From Clostridia bacterium (GTDB lineage Bacteria > Bacillota > Clostridia > Christensenellales > Borkfalkiaceae): a DNA stretch of 64,000 nucleotides. The DNA lies in contig JAGHJS010000046.1 in assembly GCA_017886545.1 (NCBI GenBank), positions 22,400 through 86,399 of the forward strand. Direction: 5' to 3'. The translations under genes and the position numbers were made by a program. Positions 18,777 to 25,879 of this stretch are shown here, piece after piece; position 1 is the stretch's first letter, and the number at the start of each line of letters is the position of its first letter. The notes below the pieces were generated by a model that was not told the DNA's origin, ran no database searches, and saw only the letters and a program-made list of their open reading frames with translations.

Positions 18777-19418
18777 ATGGATGAAAAAACCATTGAACTC
18801 ATAACAAAACTGGCTCTTGAAGCGATGCAGGAGCAACAATCGGGCAAAAAAGGCTTTCTTGTCCCCGTCGGCGTATCGGCACGGCATGTACACCTTTCTC
18901 CGGAACACGTAGAAACGCTGTTCGGGGCGGGGCATGTTCTGCATCCCAAAAAGACACTGATGGGCGGTCAGTTCGCCGCAGAAGAGTGCGTCACGATCGT
19001 CGGGCTGAAGCTTCGCGCCATCGAAAACGTACGCGTGCTCGGTCCGTGCAGGGCGCAGTCTCAGGTAGAGATCTCGGCGACAGACGCGCTCCGCCTCGGC
19101 GTAAACGCTCCTATCCGCGAATCCGGCAAGCTGAACGGCAGCGCGCCGATCGCCATCGTCGGTCCGTGCGGCGCCGTCTATTTGCAGGAAGGCTGCATTA
19201 TCGCGATGCGGCACATCCACATGTCGCCCAAAGACGCGGAAGCGGCGGGCGTCAGGGACGGGGATATCGTATCGGTCCGGGCAGACAATGAACGCGCCAC
19301 CGTGTTTGACAAAGTTCTGATCCGTGTCAATGAAAAGTTCACCCTCGAAATGCACGTCGATACAGACGAAGCAAACGCCTGCAAAATTAAGACGGGCGAT
19401 ACGGTGCGGATCATTTAG
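18777..19418 (+). CDS. pduL: Phosphate propanoyltransferase
   Basis: VSARHVHL, RHIHM and MHVDTDEANA motifs; N-terminal encapsulation peptide MDEKTIELITKLALEAM. Confidence 0.93.
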   Translation: MDEKTIELITKLALEAMQEQQSGKKGFLVPVGVSARHVHLSPEHVETLFGAGHVLHPKKTLMGGQFAAEECVTIVGLKLRAIENVRVLGPCRAQSQVEISATDALRLGVNAPIRESGKLNGSAPIAIVGPCGAVYLQEGCIIAMRHIHMSPKDAEAAGVRDGDIVSVRADNERATVFDKVLIRVNEKFTLEMHVDTDEANACKIKTGDTVRII

Positions 19419-19436
19419 CAAGCAAAGGAGACAAAA

Positions 19437-19700
19437 ATGATCATCGGGAAAGTAGTGGGCAGCGTCGTATCCACACGCAAATGCGATAATCTTGTCGGTA
19501 ATAAATTCATGGTCATCGAACCGCTCCCGAGCATGCGGGTCAGCAGCCGCATCGTCGCCATAGACAAAATCGGCGCAGGCATCGGCGAGTTTGTGCTGGT
19601 CGCGCAGGGAAGTGCGGCACGCGTCGGCTGCGATATGGAGCACGCTCCCGTTGACGCGGCGATCGTCGGAATCCTCGACGAAGGGCAGAACCTGAAATAA
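19437..19700 (+). CDS. BMC vertex pentamer (EutN/CcmL/PduN)
   Basis: GKVVGSVVSTRK, VAID-IGAG-GE, GSAAR and DAAIVGI-D motifs. Confidence 0.95.
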   Translation: MIIGKVVGSVVSTRKCDNLVGNKFMVIEPLPSMRVSSRIVAIDKIGAGIGEFVLVAQGSAARVGCDMEHAPVDAAIVGILDEGQNLK

Positions 19701-19737
19701 GCCGACCGACTTATTTTTGATGTAAAGTAAATTGCTT

Positions 19738-21075
19738 ATGGACATACAGGAACTTGCCGCTCTCCTGCGGCAAAACGGCGTAGTCGGGGCGGGCGGCGCA
19801 GGCTTCCCGACCTATGCAAAGCTGGACGCGCGCGCACAGACGATCATTTTGAACTGCGCGGAATGCGAACCGCTTTTAAAACTGCACCGCCAGCTTTTGG
19901 AATTTCACGCCGATGAGATCGTTGCCGCGTTCAGCCTTATCCGAGAAACGCTCGGAGCAGCCGACGCGGTCATTGGCATTAAATGCGCTTATAAAAAGAC
20001 GATCGCCGCTTTGGAAGGTGTGCTGCCCCGCTATCAGGGGATACGCCTGAAATTGCTGGATGAAATATATCCTGCAGGCGATGAAGTCGTATTGATATAT
20101 GAAGTTACGGGAAAGGTCGTCCGTCCGGGCGGGCTTCCCATAGAATGCGGCGTATGCGTATTCAACGTCGAAACATGTTACAATCTCTCCCGCGCGATCG
20201 ATCACGGCGAGCCCGTTGTCGATAAGCTCGTAAGCGTCGTTGCGGAAGTGGCGCATCCCGTCACGCTCCGCATGCCGATCGGCGCCTCTTTGGAGGATGC
20301 CGTACGCCTTGCGGGCGGCGCAACGACGGAAGATCCCGTTTACCTCGTCGGCGGCCCGATGATGGGGACGATCCGCCCGGGCAAAACACCGATCACGAAG
20401 ACCACGAATGCGATCCTCGTCTTGCCGCACGATCATTATTTGGCGGAACGCAGGCGCGCAGGAACGGGAACCATGCTCAAGCGTGCCGCAGCAAGCTGCT
20501 GCCAGTGCACGATGTGCACCGATCTTTGCCCGCGCTATCTGCTTGGTCACCCCATTCAGCCGCATTTGTTTATGCGCGCTGCGACCTGCAAAGATATACA
20601 GGACCCCGGTATCTTTATCGATACGCTGTTCTGCTCCTCGTGCGGTCTGTGCGAATTGTATTCCTGCTTCCAGGGGCTTTCGCCCCGGACGCTGATCACG
20701 GAGTACAAAAACAAGCTGCGGGCAGAGGGGATCAAGCCGCCTTCCGTTACGGCGGGACCTGTCGTTTCGGCAAGGCGCATGCGGAAAGCCCCCGAGGAGC
20801 GCCTGATGGCGCGTTTGGATCTGCTCCGATACGATGTTTCCGCACCGCTTCAGGACGAATGCGTTTTCGTCAAGAGCGTTCGGATCCCGCTCCGCCAGCA
20901 TATCGGCGCGCCTGCCGTGGCGTGCGTGAAAAAAGGGGATCTTGTCAGGCGCGGGCAAATGATCGCCGAACCCGCAAAAGGACTTTCGGCGGCGGTCCAC
21001 GCATCCGTAACCGGTAAGGTCCGCGAAGTCACCGCAACGGAGATCGTTATCGACGCAACAGGAGATAAAGTATGA
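19738..21075 (+). CDS. pduS: PduS-like flavin/Fe-S oxidoreductase (RnfC-related)
   Basis: GVVGAGGAGFPT, NCAECEP, GGPMMG, two CxxCxxCxxxC ferredoxin motifs, QHIGAPA and HAS. Confidence 0.88.
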   Translation: MDIQELAALLRQNGVVGAGGAGFPTYAKLDARAQTIILNCAECEPLLKLHRQLLEFHADEIVAAFSLIRETLGAADAVIGIKCAYKKTIAALEGVLPRYQGIRLKLLDEIYPAGDEVVLIYEVTGKVVRPGGLPIECGVCVFNVETCYNLSRAIDHGEPVVDKLVSVVAEVAHPVTLRMPIGASLEDAVRLAGGATTEDPVYLVGGPMMGTIRPGKTPITKTTNAILVLPHDHYLAERRRAGTGTMLKRAAASCCQCTMCTDLCPRYLLGHPIQPHLFMRAATCKDIQDPGIFIDTLFCSSCGLCELYSCFQGLSPRTLITEYKNKLRAEGIKPPSVTAGPVVSARRMRKAPEERLMARLDLLRYDVSAPLQDECVFVKSVRIPLRQHIGAPAVACVKKGDLVRRGQMIAEPAKGLSAAVHASVTGKVREVTATEIVIDATGDKV

Positions 21076-21620
21076 GCAAAGCCATCGGAATGGCGGAATT
21101 CAAAACCATATCGGCAGGCATGACCGCAGCCGATACGATGGTCAAGACCGCAGCGGTCGATATCATTGAGGCGGAAACCGTCTGCCCGGGGAAATACATC
21201 GTCATTGTTACGGGCGAGCTTTCCGCAGTCAACGCTTCCGTACAGGCAGCCATAACACAGCACCCGCTGCATCTGATCGACAGTTTTGTTTTAGGTAATC
21301 CCGCTGAAGAAATTTTTCCTGCGATCTACGGGGCTTCCCGGGTCAGCGAAGTCAAAGCCCTCGGCATCATCGAAACATATGACGCGGCGGCGATCATCGT
21401 TGCCGCCGATCAGGCGGCAAAAACGGCGGAAGTGTCTCTTATCGAGATCCGGCTTGCGCGCGGGATGTGCGGCAAAAGCTACCTTCTTATCACGGGCGAA
21501 GTCGCGGCAGTCGAAGCCGCGATCGCGAACGCGCAAAAATCGGTTGAGCCGCGCGGAATGTTCCTGGACAGTTCCGTCATTGCGCGGCCCGATAAAAAAT
21601 TCATCGACCATATCATGTAA
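21072..21620 (+). CDS. pduT: BMC trimer shell protein (PduT-like)
   Basis: Two BMC domains and the CPGKY Fe-S ligand motif; follows pduS. Confidence 0.9.
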   Translation: MSKAIGMAEFKTISAGMTAADTMVKTAAVDIIEAETVCPGKYIVIVTGELSAVNASVQAAITQHPLHLIDSFVLGNPAEEIFPAIYGASRVSEVKALGIIETYDAAAIIVAADQAAKTAEVSLIEIRLARGMCGKSYLLITGEVAAVEAAIANAQKSVEPRGMFLDSSVIARPDKKFIDHIM

Positions 21621-21636
21621 AAAAGGGGGAGACGCC

Positions 21637-22410
21637 ATGCTCGCCATTGAACGAAGAAACAGGATCCTGGCGAAATTAAAAGCGGAAAAGCATGTAGTCG
21701 TCAGCGAACTGGCAAAACTTTTTTCCGTATCGGAAGAAACGATACGGCGCGATCTGGACCGCATGGAAAAGGACGGCCTGGTCGTCAAATCTTACGGCGG
21801 GGCCGTACTCAGCGAAAGCGGCACCTCTGAACTTCCTTTTATCGTCCGCAAGCGGTCGAACGTGGAAGAAAAACTGATCATTGCCGAGATCGCCGCGTCA
21901 CTCGTCAATGACGGCGATGCGATCATTCTGGACGCATCGTCGACCGCAGTCTTTATCGCGCAGAAACTCAAAAGCAAAAAAAATATTACCCTCATCACCA
22001 ATTCGGTGGAAGTTCTGATGGAACTCTCCGACGTAACGGGCTGGCGCATCCTTTCCACAGGCGGAACGCTCAAAGAGGAATCGTGCGCGCTGGTCGGTCC
22101 GCTTGCCGAGTCCATGCTTGCCGCCTATCATGTCGATAAGGTGATCATCTCCTGCAAAGGGGTGGATGAAAACGGAGGGTTTTCCGACTCAAACGACAGC
22201 CATGCCGCATTAAAACGCAGAATGCTTGCCTGCGGCGCACAGAAAATTTTTGCTGTCGATTCAAGCAAATTCGGAAAGCGTTCGTTCATTGAAATCAGCG
22301 GGTTTGACGGTATCGATGCCGTGATCACGGACAGAATACCGCCTGAACCCTGGGGAAAACTTCTTGCTTCCCACGGCGTTGAAGTGCTTTGCCCGGAAAA
22401 CGAAGAGTAA
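21637..22410 (+). CDS. DeoR/GlpR family transcriptional regulator (FucR-like)
   Basis: ERR...VSEETIRRDL helix-turn-helix, LDASST, ITNS and DSSKF motifs. Confidence 0.93.
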   Translation: MLAIERRNRILAKLKAEKHVVVSELAKLFSVSEETIRRDLDRMEKDGLVVKSYGGAVLSESGTSELPFIVRKRSNVEEKLIIAEIAASLVNDGDAIILDASSTAVFIAQKLKSKKNITLITNSVEVLMELSDVTGWRILSTGGTLKEESCALVGPLAESMLAAYHVDKVIISCKGVDENGGFSDSNDSHAALKRRMLACGAQKIFAVDSSKFGKRSFIEISGFDGIDAVITDRIPPEPWGKLLASHGVEVLCPENEE

Positions 22411-22412
22411 CC

Positions 22413-22446
22413 AAAGAGCCACGGCAAACAGCCGCGGCTCTTTTTT
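22413..22446 (+). terminator. Intrinsic terminator between convergent units
   Basis: AAAGAGCC...GGCTCTTTTTT. Confidence 0.75.
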
Positions 22447-22487
22447 ATCGGGCAGAGCGGCGAACCGCCGCGCTCTCTTCCGTACGC

Positions 22488-23351
22488 TCAGACCAGCGAA
22501 AGGACTTTTCTGATATCCTGCGCAAAGCAGACCGATCTCTCGGCAAGTTGCTGCGGAACGATCGCCGCATCAAGGTTGATGCAGGCATACATCGCCGCCT
22601 TGTTCTTCCATGCCATCTGCCAGAAAGGGTATTTGATGATAGACGGCGTGTTCATTCCGACGCCGAGTTCAAAGAACAGGATCTTTTTCCCTGCATTTTC
22701 CCGCAGAAATGCTTCATACCGCTCATACGCCGCATGCCAGCCATCGTCTTCGACGAATGTATCGTCCGCGCGGAGGTTCACGCGCATGGGCTTGCCGCAA
22801 ACGGGGCAATGCGGGATCAGCGACGAGGGGATCTTCCCGTCCTTCTGATCGCGCAGCATGGCACGCACGTTCCCTTCGTTGTCATAGGTCGCTTTATGGC
22901 AGGGGACGGAGCACTGAAACAATCCGTAATCGCCCTGCGTATAGAAGAGCCGCTCTTTGTCGAAGCCTGCGGTCTGAAAACGGTGATCCACGTTCGTCGT
23001 GAGCACAAAATAATTTTTGTCCCTGACCAGTTCCAAAAGACGCTCGTACGGTTTTCCCGCAGGCTGATCGTAGCGGTTGATATAGATGTAGCGCGACCAG
23101 TACGCCCAAAATTCTTCGGGGGAGGGAAACGGATAGAACCCGCCCGAATACATATCGTGAAACCCGTATTTCTCTTCAAAATCCGCGAAATATTTGCGGA
23201 ATCGTTCCCCCGAATAGGTAAAACCTGCCGAAGTCGAAAGTCCTGCACCGGCACCGATCAGAACAGCTTCGGCGCTGTTGAGCATGCCGCGCAGCCGCTC
23301 AAGTTTTTCAGTCTGTTCTTCCCGTCGGCTTACGGTGAACTTTTTCTCCAT
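22488..23351 (-). CDS. Class M sirtuin (SirTM-type NAD-dependent protein ADP-ribosyltransferase)
   Basis: IGAGAGLSTSAG, TTNVD, FYTQGDY (Gln at the usual catalytic His position), Zn ligands C..C and CPVC, ELGVG-NTP-IIKYPF. Alternative start at 23372. Confidence 0.85.
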   Translation of the reverse strand: MEKKFTVSRREEQTEKLERLRGMLNSAEAVLIGAGAGLSTSAGFTYSGERFRKYFADFEEKYGFHDMYSGGFYPFPSPEEFWAYWSRYIYINRYDQPAGKPYERLLELVRDKNYFVLTTNVDHRFQTAGFDKERLFYTQGDYGLFQCSVPCHKATYDNEGNVRAMLRDQKDGKIPSSLIPHCPVCGKPMRVNLRADDTFVEDDGWHAAYERYEAFLRENAGKKILFFELGVGMNTPSIIKYPFWQMAWKNKAAMYACINLDAAIVPQQLAERSVCFAQDIRKVLSLV

Positions 23352-23364
23352 GATACATGCCTCC

Positions 23365-23943
23365 TTATTCAATGATCAGCCATCGGCCTTCTTTCCTCGC
23401 TTTCGGCTGCGGGTAGGGGCCGTCGCAATAGCCGAGCGCAACGAAACACCGTGCAATATAGCTTTCCGGGATCTTCCATTCCCGAAGAAGCGCCGCACCT
23501 TCTTCGCTGTCGAACGTCTCCTCTCCGCGCGATACGATGCAGGACGCGATGCCGAGATCGGCCGCCTGCAGGACCATGTTTTCGGCTGTGCAAAATGCGT
23601 CCGGAATGCTGAATAAAAAATGCTTCGGCGCAAAAACGGCACAAACGGTCGGCGCGCCGTAGAAACCGTTTCGGATGGTCGGGTCGTCGATCGCGCTCGG
23701 CTGCTCCTTTGAGACGAACGAACCGAGCAAACGGCTCCTGTCAAATTTGCCGAGGTTCATCCTGCCGATCTTCTCGGCAAGGGCACGGTCATGAACGGCA
23801 ACGATCAGCGTGCCCTGCCTGCCGCCCGCATTCGGCGCGTACAGCCCCGCTTCAATGATCTTTTCCAGCGCATCGCGTGGGATCTGTTCGTTTCGGTACT
23901 TGCGGATCGAGCGGCGCATGCGAATCAATTCCGAACCTTCCAT
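23365..23943 (-). CDS. Nitroreductase family protein
   Basis: RRSIRKY, AG-YAPNAG-Q, FYGAP, AENMVLQA-LGI-SC and ALGY motifs; AGGAGG ribosome-binding site. Confidence 0.92.
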   Translation of the reverse strand: MEGSELIRMRRSIRKYRNEQIPRDALEKIIEAGLYAPNAGGRQGTLIVAVHDRALAEKIGRMNLGKFDRSRLLGSFVSKEQPSAIDDPTIRNGFYGAPTVCAVFAPKHFLFSIPDAFCTAENMVLQAADLGIASCIVSRGEETFDSEEGAALLREWKIPESYIARCFVALGYCDGPYPQPKARKEGRWLIIE

Positions 23944-23945
23944 GT

Positions 23946-24971
23946 TCATACCTCCTTCCAACACTGCGGATCGGCGCCGTACGGATCGCGCGTATAGCCG
24001 TACGATACGGCAGGGCAGCCTCTGCACATCGTTTTCAATTCACAGCGGCTGCATTTAATAAAGCGGTCATACTGCCTGTATCCGTTCATTCCGTTTCCGT
24101 TCCAGACGGCGGTCAGTTCCTCCTGCAGAACATTGCCGACCTTGCTCTCCATCCTGCGGCAGGCGTATACGTCGCCGTTCGGCAGGATCGTGATGTGGTT
24201 TCTCCCGCAGTTGCATCCGTCCGTAACACCGTCGCCCAGCGGCAGTTTCAGCAGCCCTTTTTCATAAAGAAAGAGCGCCCATAAATGATCCTTGCGTTGA
24301 AAAGTCGTCTTGCTGTCCCTGTGCCGCCCGTATGTTTCCCAGCAGCGTTCCAAAAATTCCCTGTATTCAGCAGGCGGAATGTGCATATCCGTATCATGTG
24401 CTTTCTCCGCCGCAGTAGGGCAGTACCGCCCGAAAGCATAGACGTCGACCCCCAACGCGTCGGCAAGCCCGATAAGCGCAGGGATCTCGTTCATATTTGT
24501 TTTTGAAACCGTACTCATCACGGCGCACCACATGCCCGACCGTTTGATCGTTCGGATCGCCTCGACGGTAGCGCGGAAAGAACCGGGCTTTCGGAAAGAG
24601 TCGTGCGTCTTCTCAAGCCCGTCCAGCGAAAGCTGGTACTTCACGCAGCCGCAATCTTTCATGCGGGCTCATACGGATTCGGTCAGATGAAAGGGGTTCC
24701 CCATGACGCAGAAGCGCGTCCCGTCCGCTTTGAACAACGCAAGCAAATCCCAAAAAGCAGGATGCAGAACGGGATCGCCGCCCGTCAGATAAATATAGGG
24801 GATCCTGCCCAAAGAGCGGCACAGAGCCTGTATCTGCGCATAGGTACGGAGCATTTCTTCCCACGCCATCGTCGTTATGCAGGGATGCCCCTCCGAAAAA
24901 ATATAGCAATGCTTGCAGCGCTGGTCGCAGTCATCGGTTATATGCCATTGGATCGAAAAATATGAGGACAT
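23946..24971 (-). CDS. acgM: Radical SAM/SPASM peptide maturase of the ACGX system, interrupted by an in-frame TGA at 24669-24671 (nonsense change, error or recoding)
   Basis: QWHITDDCDQRCKHCY, LTGGDP, NPFHL, YQLSLDG and SPASM GCNCG...YACRR...CSRC...CRGCPA...DPQCW. The two ORF-track pieces share a frame: GTA TGA GCC CGC ATG. Confidence 0.85.
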
Positions 24972-25000
24972 TTGGTCACTCCTCCGTAAAACGATGCAGG

Positions 25001-25040
25001 GAAGCCGGGGAAGCGCCTTATCGGGCGCTTCCCCGGCTTC
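25001..25040 (-). other. 17-bp perfect stem-loop between precursor and maturase genes
   Basis: GAAGCCGGGGAAGCGCC-6 nt-GGCGCTTCCCCGGCTTC; no U-tract follows it on the coding strand. Confidence 0.75.
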
Positions 25041-25041
25041 T

Positions 25042-25188
25042 TTACTTATCCTGCGTGCCGCAGGCGGGTGCGTACGAAGCCGGATCGGCCGATCCGCATG
25101 CAGGGGCGGGATCCTGCGACCCGCACGCCGGAGCCTGCCCGGGATCGGCTGCGCCGCAAGCGGAAGCAAAATACTTGTTCGCCGTCAT
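25042..25188 (-). CDS. acgA: ACGX-repeat peptide, putative RiPP precursor (48 aa, not in the ORF track)
   Basis: AAAGGAGG ribosome-binding site, then MTANKYFASACGAADPGQAPACGSQDPAPACGSADPASYAPACGTQDK*. Four ACGx repeats, directly upstream of the rSAM/SPASM gene. Confidence 0.9.
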   Translation of the reverse strand: MTANKYFASACGAADPGQAPACGSQDPAPACGSADPASYAPACGTQDK

Positions 25189-25238
25189 TGTCCTGTACCT
25201 CCTTTACAGATTACGGGTCCTTCCCATTCGACGCCCGC

Positions 25239-25267
25239 AGTATAACAAAAAAAATTATCCGACGCAA
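25239..25267 (-). promoter_or_regulatory. Sigma-A promoter of the ACGX operon
   Basis: TTGCGT-17 nt-TATACT with TGn extension on the minus strand. Confidence 0.65.
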
Positions 25268-25271
25268 GAAT

Positions 25272-25328
25272 GTTACTTTTTTATTATCCGGTAATAAAAA
25301 AGTAACCGTAATAGTTACTATTTGATAC
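25272..25328. promoter_or_regulatory. Candidate HxlR operator array
   Basis: Perfect 15-bp inverted repeat GTTACTTTTTTATTA-5-TAATAAAAAAGTAAC, overlapping AGTAAC-7-GTTACT and GTTACTATTTGATAC, lying between two divergent promoters. Confidence 0.6.
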
Positions 25329-25344
25329 CAATATAGAAAACTGC

Positions 25345-25373
25345 TTGCACCCGCGGCAAAAGCATGTTATAAT
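25345..25373 (+). promoter_or_regulatory. Sigma-A promoter of the hxlR-like gene
   Basis: TTGCAC-17 nt-TATAAT. Confidence 0.7.
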
Positions 25374-25406
25374 ATGTTTTGTAAAGTTTTTTCGGAGAAA
25401 AACGAA

Positions 25407-25736
25407 ATGCTGACTAAAGACGAGCTTCCCGAATGCCCCGTCGCAACGACGGTACAGCTGATCGGAAACAAATGGAAATTGCTCATCATACGAAACCTTC
25501 TGCGCGAACCGCAGCGCTTTACGCAGCTGCGGAAAACGATCCCCGGGATCAGCCAAAAAGTACTGACCGATAACCTGCGCGCACTGGAAGAAGACGGGCT
25601 GATCGAGCGCGAAGTTTTTGCCGAGGTACCGCCGCGCGTCGTCTATTCACTGAGCGAGTTAGGGAACACGCTGCGGCCGATCATCGACGCCATGCAGGAA
25701 TGGGGGAGTGACTACAAAAAAAATTTCGGCTGCTGA
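25407..25736 (+). CDS. HxlR/DUF24 (MarR-type) winged-helix regulator
   Basis: CPVATT-LIGNKWK, ISQKVLT-LR-LE-DG and EVPPRVVYSL motifs; N-terminal Cys. Confidence 0.93.
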   Translation: MLTKDELPECPVATTVQLIGNKWKLLIIRNLLREPQRFTQLRKTIPGISQKVLTDNLRALEEDGLIEREVFAEVPPRVVYSLSELGNTLRPIIDAMQEWGSDYKKNFGC

Positions 25737-25879
25737 AACAACTTCTCCGCCCGAAACACCGCGGTTTATGGCGCATTGCGGTTTATCGTTCTGCAAGATC
25801 ATAAAAGCGTTGCGAAACAGCGGAAAATATGTTAAAATAACCGCGTTTAAGGAATCCAAAAGAAGTTAAAGGTATTTAA

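Noticed and set aside
18342-19745. Long antisense ORFs (also 16066..17190, 19876..21000, 40799..41989, 55697..57169)
   Set aside because: They mirror well-supported genes on the opposite strand, as expected in GC-rich coding DNA, and show no family motifs.
24662-24671. Frameshift or genuine two-gene split of the rSAM
   Set aside because: Both parts are in one frame separated only by TGA GCC CGC, the break falls inside the rSAM barrel, and the second ATG has no SD.
25042-25188. Short DNA repeats here as a CRISPR array or VNTR
   Set aside because: The repeats are degenerate at third codon positions and are explained by the ACGx peptide; no repeat-spacer array or cas gene is in the window.
25737-25879. 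Lysine riboswitch upstream of lysA
   Set aside because: The promoter-like TTGCGA-17-TAAAAT lies only about 40 nt before the ATG, too short for an L-box, and no conserved L-box motifs were seen.
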